From contig CAVTRN010000001.1 in assembly GCA_963737155.1 (NCBI GenBank), positions 1,184,001 to 1,248,000 on the forward strand: a stretch of 64,000 nt of DNA, read 5' to 3'. The stretch comes from Nitrospirota bacterium. GTDB taxonomy: Bacteria > Nitrospirota > UBA9217. Both the position numbers and the translations under genes were made by a program. The notes beneath the pieces are model-generated. The model saw only the letters and a list, made by a program, of their open reading frames with translations. It did no database searches and had not been told where the DNA came from. Below are positions 60,045 through 64,000 of this stretch, piece after piece. Every line of letters starts with the position of its first letter. Position 1 is the stretch's first letter.

Positions 60045-61189
60045 GCTATGAATGGAAAGGAGTAGATACTTCTTTCCGGACGGAAATTTAAAAGCTGTAA
60101 ATAATGTTGATAATATGACGTGCACGAGGCGGCAAGTTTGGTTACAGAACACAATGAAAGGCAGCTGCAGCAGCTGCGGCGAGTATTACAGTTCGAAGTG
60201 GATTCTCCGGAAGGTAGAGTTTAATGCTGATTTTGTTAATATAAGAAAAACTTCTTTTATTTGGTGATAATACGACTCCTCCGCACGCAAGAACACATTT
60301 ATTTTCTTTGTAGTATTTTGGAGAAGGATGGCAATAATCCCAACGGGATATTGGATTGAATTGCAGAATTTCGGCAACTCGATCTGATTTCGGAGGTACT
60401 CTTCCCGCAGCGCGGTGGGGTACATGAACTGGATGCCGCCCCGGTAAAGAGCACCGAATTGCCTGCACCTTACGAGAGTGCCGCACTTTTGACCGAAGAT
60501 ACGATTCTTTAGCCATACAAGTCAGGGCTGAATCGGTTGATCAACTTCGATTCCGATGCTGATCACGCTGAAATCCACGATTCAGGCAAGATGCTCCGAC
60601 CAGCGAGGCTCCTCATACGAAATAACCACCAATGGGCACGTGCGCTCAGTGGCAACGGCGTAACGCCGTACTCAAATTCTTTCGCGTTGTCTCTTTTCGT
60701 CCATCATGAACTAAATACCTCGGGTCCGAGTTTGCCCTGCTGCAGATGCAGAGAGAGTCATCGGCGGGGCCGCGATAACAAAAGGACTGTTGTATTAAAA
60801 TCTATCTCGCTGAAGAATCAGAGAACCGTTGTAAATCAAGACAACCAAAATCGTCGCTACTGATCGAATACACGCATGTGGTGTGGCATAAGGGAACTAT
60901 TTGCCCAAATCATTCGATTTCAGTATTTTTTTCATCGCGTGCCACTCTCTTTTCGGCGCAGGCGGTTAAATAAAGCGTATTAATATTCCGGTTAACATGC
61001 CGCTGAGCCTGCACGCACGGAAAAAAACAAGCGTATACTGAAACATAAAAAAACGCAAAGGGAATCAGCTTTTCTAAAAGTATTTGAAAAAAGAGCGGTA
61101 CGCCTCGAAATAGGTGAAAAGGGTTGGAAAGCGGCCCGCGGGAGAAACCGTGAAACAAGCGAAGAATTCAATGCATGAGAATGAAGATG

Positions 61190-62011
61190 TTAAAGGCTTT
61201 CATTCGTTCCGTGGTTCGTTTTCCTGTCGTTTTTTTTCTTAGAGGGATCGTCCGTAAGAAGGAGCGAGCCATCTTCATCGTACCGGACATATATGGTGTA
61301 CTGAGGACCTGGCGGATTGCCTGTCCCGCTGTAGATTTTCAGGATCCTCTGTACATAATCCTGAGTTTCGCGGAAGGGCGGTATGGTTCCCCACTTCTGC
61401 ACAGCCGTTTCTCCGGAATTGTAGGCGGCAAGGGCGAGCGAGATATTGCCTTCATAGCGGTCGAGCAGATATCGGAGATATTTCACCCCACCATCGATAT
61501 TTTCATCGGGGCTGAATACATTCCGCACATTCAGGTCGATGGCAGTCTGCGGCATGAGCTGCATCAATCCTATTGCGCCTTTCCTCGACAGGGCGCGGGG
61601 ATTGAAGTCCGATTCGACTTTGACTAGCGCATGGACAAGCGCCGGATCCACGCCGTGTCGGTAGCATGCGCTGTTGATGATCTCGGTATACGAAGAACCG
61701 GATGTGTTTGCCCTCGACGATGACCGATTCGGATCAGTTGACGAGGAAGCGAAATGTCTCGCTGAATCGGTCCGGGTGTTACGCTTAGATTCTGTTTTTA
61801 TTATCCGGCATTTTTTAATATTCCCGACCCCGACATTACTGAAATGAATAACGCCATATTCATCAGTATACTGATATATATCGGCAAAAGCCCGTTGGAA
61901 GGGAATACAAAAAAGAGCGGCAATGCCACAAACGATGGCGAACCGGCGCAACAGTGGCCACACCCCGAATAGGAAGCAGGTCAATGAGCTTTTTGATAGT
62001 CGTCTATTCAT
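61190..62011 (-). CDS. lytic transglycosylase (SLT) with DUF4124-like N-terminus
   Basis: DIYQYTDEYGVIHFSN; VESDFNP, GLMQLMP, AAYNSG, ETQDYV. Confidence 0.92.
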   Translation of the reverse strand: MNRRLSKSSLTCFLFGVWPLLRRFAIVCGIAALFCIPFQRAFADIYQYTDEYGVIHFSNVGVGNIKKCRIIKTESKRNTRTDSARHFASSSTDPNRSSSRANTSGSSYTEIINSACYRHGVDPALVHALVKVESDFNPRALSRKGAIGLMQLMPQTAIDLNVRNVFSPDENIDGGVKYLRYLLDRYEGNISLALAAYNSGETAVQKWGTIPPFRETQDYVQRILKIYSGTGNPPGPQYTIYVRYDEDGSLLLTDDPSKKKNDRKTNHGTNESL

Positions 62012-62299
62012 AACTAAGAGCTTATATTATAAAGTATTTAAGGCTGATTTGTCAATTAAACATAGTATAAAAAAGGCCACAGCTGGATAATTCGATCTCC
62101 ATTCACTTTAATATTCAAATACTTGAAAGTTACACGCCGAGCTTTCTTAATGGAGATGAAATACCAAAAATCTACCATTATTCACGTATCCCCCGATGTC
62201 CAGACAGTGAAAATGCTATTTCCACTCTAAGTATCGAGAAAGATCGTCCTTATAAATATATATCGGCAGTTTGGCGATATTCTTAAGTACAAACATGGG

Positions 62300-62900
62300 A
62301 CAACCGTTCCTAAAACCACAGCAGTTTATTGCAGCACACGATGCCGGTAGCCGAACACTGCTGCTATCGGTTAACGACGGGGATTCACGCCCTGATTCGC
62401 CCAAGTTCCGTTGTTTGGTAATCGGGATTGATTCCAGCGCTTTTCAGTAAAGCTTCAACTGGCCGGCGACCTGGAGAATTGACCTGTCGACGTGGACGAT
62501 GACTGTTTTATAATTTAGCACAGCCTGGAGAGTTCTGTAAGGACCGTCTTTGATATAATGATGGCTGCCACTTTATAGGTAAGTCGGTTCTGCTTGACAT
62601 GGAACATGGAATATTTTTGAACTTCTCTCGCGATAACATGTGCCTCTACTTCATGTCGCAAGATGCCATAACGAGACATGTAGTTGTTTCTGCCAAGAAC
62701 AGATTTGTAAGCAGGATTTATAGAGAATACTCTGACGCCTGTCTTGAACGCTCTGCGGCCAAGCATGGCGAGAAATATGGATTAAGCGAACTCGGCTTAT
62801 TATCCATGCAATGGACACCTTGTAATTTAAGAGACACTTTCTTCTTTTCGAAGTCCGGAGGTTCATGAGCAAATAGGCTTCGCGGATTTAACAGTCAATA
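62300..62900 (-). pseudogene. IS200/IS605 TnpB-related protein C-terminal remnant with element end
   Basis: INPAYKSVLG..NYMSRYG...HEVEAHVIAR (cf. NPAYTS.IG..KY..H.AAA.VIAR); downstream GTTTTAGGAACGG end-like motif. Confidence 0.65.
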
Positions 62901-63628
62901 ATCTTGGCACAAATATCGCCATAGACTGTACCAGGTTGAAGCATTGCTTCATGCATATCTGACAAGCCTGCTCTATTTTTTCGTGGCACGACATCGATTG
63001 CTTTTCCCTATCATTCGCTTGAAGTGCAGTGTACGTTCATGCAAATAAAGGACTTGTTTTTTTCGATCTTATTCAGTAAGGTTATAAAGAGCAGGTTGTT
63101 TCAGCGGTTTGATGGTTTCTTCGCCGAAACATCTTACTCTGTGATTTGGTAATCTATGCACTTCCTCTTGTGTGTATCCTTCTAATAGTTGCCCGGATTC
63201 AGCGAAGGAGACATGTATGTGAAGATTCTACGAACTTTGTTTCTGACGGTGTTTTGTCGTTGAGCTGCGTTACTGAAATTGGGATGATTCCATCCGGCAT
63301 TTCCGCAGATATCTGCTCGCACCTGCTCATGCCCGAGATCATCGTTCCTGTGCCGTCTTTCTTGCCTCCGATGAAGGACGGAGAATCACGGGTAGGCTCC
63401 TCATCGCAACGGAATAGTCGCTCGAATAAGACGATGGTGCACCTGCCTAAAAAGGCATCGGTTCACAGCGGGCAGCACTATCACGTTGCGTTCTGACTTT
63501 TCTGTTTCTCTCTTTTCGCGTCCCTCCCATTGACACCGAGATAAAGAGCTTGCTCGGACAACGAGAGTTGACGCAATACGTTGCTACAAGAGAGAAGTTG
63601 CAAAATTCCTTCATTGGAGGGTGCACGT

Positions 63629-64000
63629 ATGAAATGGCTTGAAAAGTACGCAGACGACGTTTATGCAATGTTGCGCATCATGGCGGGATTCATGTTCTCG
63701 TTTCACGGTGTTCAGAAAATCTTGGGCGTGCTTTCCGCGTTCCATCCATCAGTTGGATCCCAGCTCTGGTTTGGCGGGCTCATCGAACTCTTGGGAGGGC
63801 TGGCGATACTGCTGGGGTTTAAAACGCGTGTGGCGGCTTTTCTTTGCAGCGGTGAAATGGCTGTGGCTTACTTCCAGTTCCACTGGAAGTTCCAACTCGG
63901 CGCCAAGTTTTTTCCGGCAATTAACAAAGGTGAGTTGGCCGCCCTCTACTGTTTTGTTTTTTTCTACATCGCCTGTCGAGGCGGGGTAAAATGGAGCTTG
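63629..64000 (+). CDS. DoxX family membrane protein (runs off the window)
   Basis: RBS GGAGG; LRIMAGFMFSFHGVQK, IELLGG, TRVAAFLCSGEMAVAYF; absent from the ORF track because its stop lies beyond the window. Confidence 0.9.
   Translation, partial: MKWLEKYADDVYAMLRIMAGFMFSFHGVQKILGVLSAFHPSVGSQLWFGGLIELLGGLAILLGFKTRVAAFLCSGEMAVAYFQFHWKFQLGAKFFPAINKGELAALYCFVFFYIACRGGVKWSL

Noticed and set aside
60142-60863. short ORFs between selD and the SLT gene
   Set aside because: No family recognised, no clear RBS; possibly a decayed gene
1-64000. CRISPR array, rRNA, intact tRNA
   Set aside because: No regularly spaced repeats or rRNA-like sequence seen; the tRNA-like pieces at 4189 and 5050 lack 5' halves

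Overview
A 64-kb stretch of bacterial chromosome. The gene content (Sec-containing SelD, NfnA, system II cytochrome c biogenesis, Geobacter-like pilin, PPDK) most resembles an anaerobic Nitrospirota or Desulfobacterota organism; this is inference only. The core backbone is cobU-(pseudo cobT)-cobS-cobC, a TPP riboswitch with thiSGEC-M23-thiD, rph, iclR, larE, purD/purE, tsaC, PIN-PhoH, VKOR-Trx, nfnA, ccsBA, argDF, tonB, a MesB-like methionine synthase, glyQS, ppdK, ribD and selD. There are three accessory patches. (i) 1-5090 looks like the distal end of tRNA-Gly-anchored island(s): two tRNA 3'-half att remnants each preceded by a sigma70 promoter, an ISL3, and a promoter-led, highly structured non-coding region at 60-545 (- strand). 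(ii) 13.3-17.9 kb holds a sigma54-type type IV pilin among IS200/IS605 ends, with an IS1634 inserted into a decayed tnpB. (iii) 33-39 kb holds a tandemly duplicated lipoprotein and transporters. About a dozen decayed genes, several apparently leaderless genes and a UGA-recoded selD are visible. No CRISPR array, rRNA or intact tRNA was seen. The best candidate for something new is the structured ncRNA-like region at the left edge, whose possible partner gene lies outside the window. All calls come from manual reading; no searches were run.
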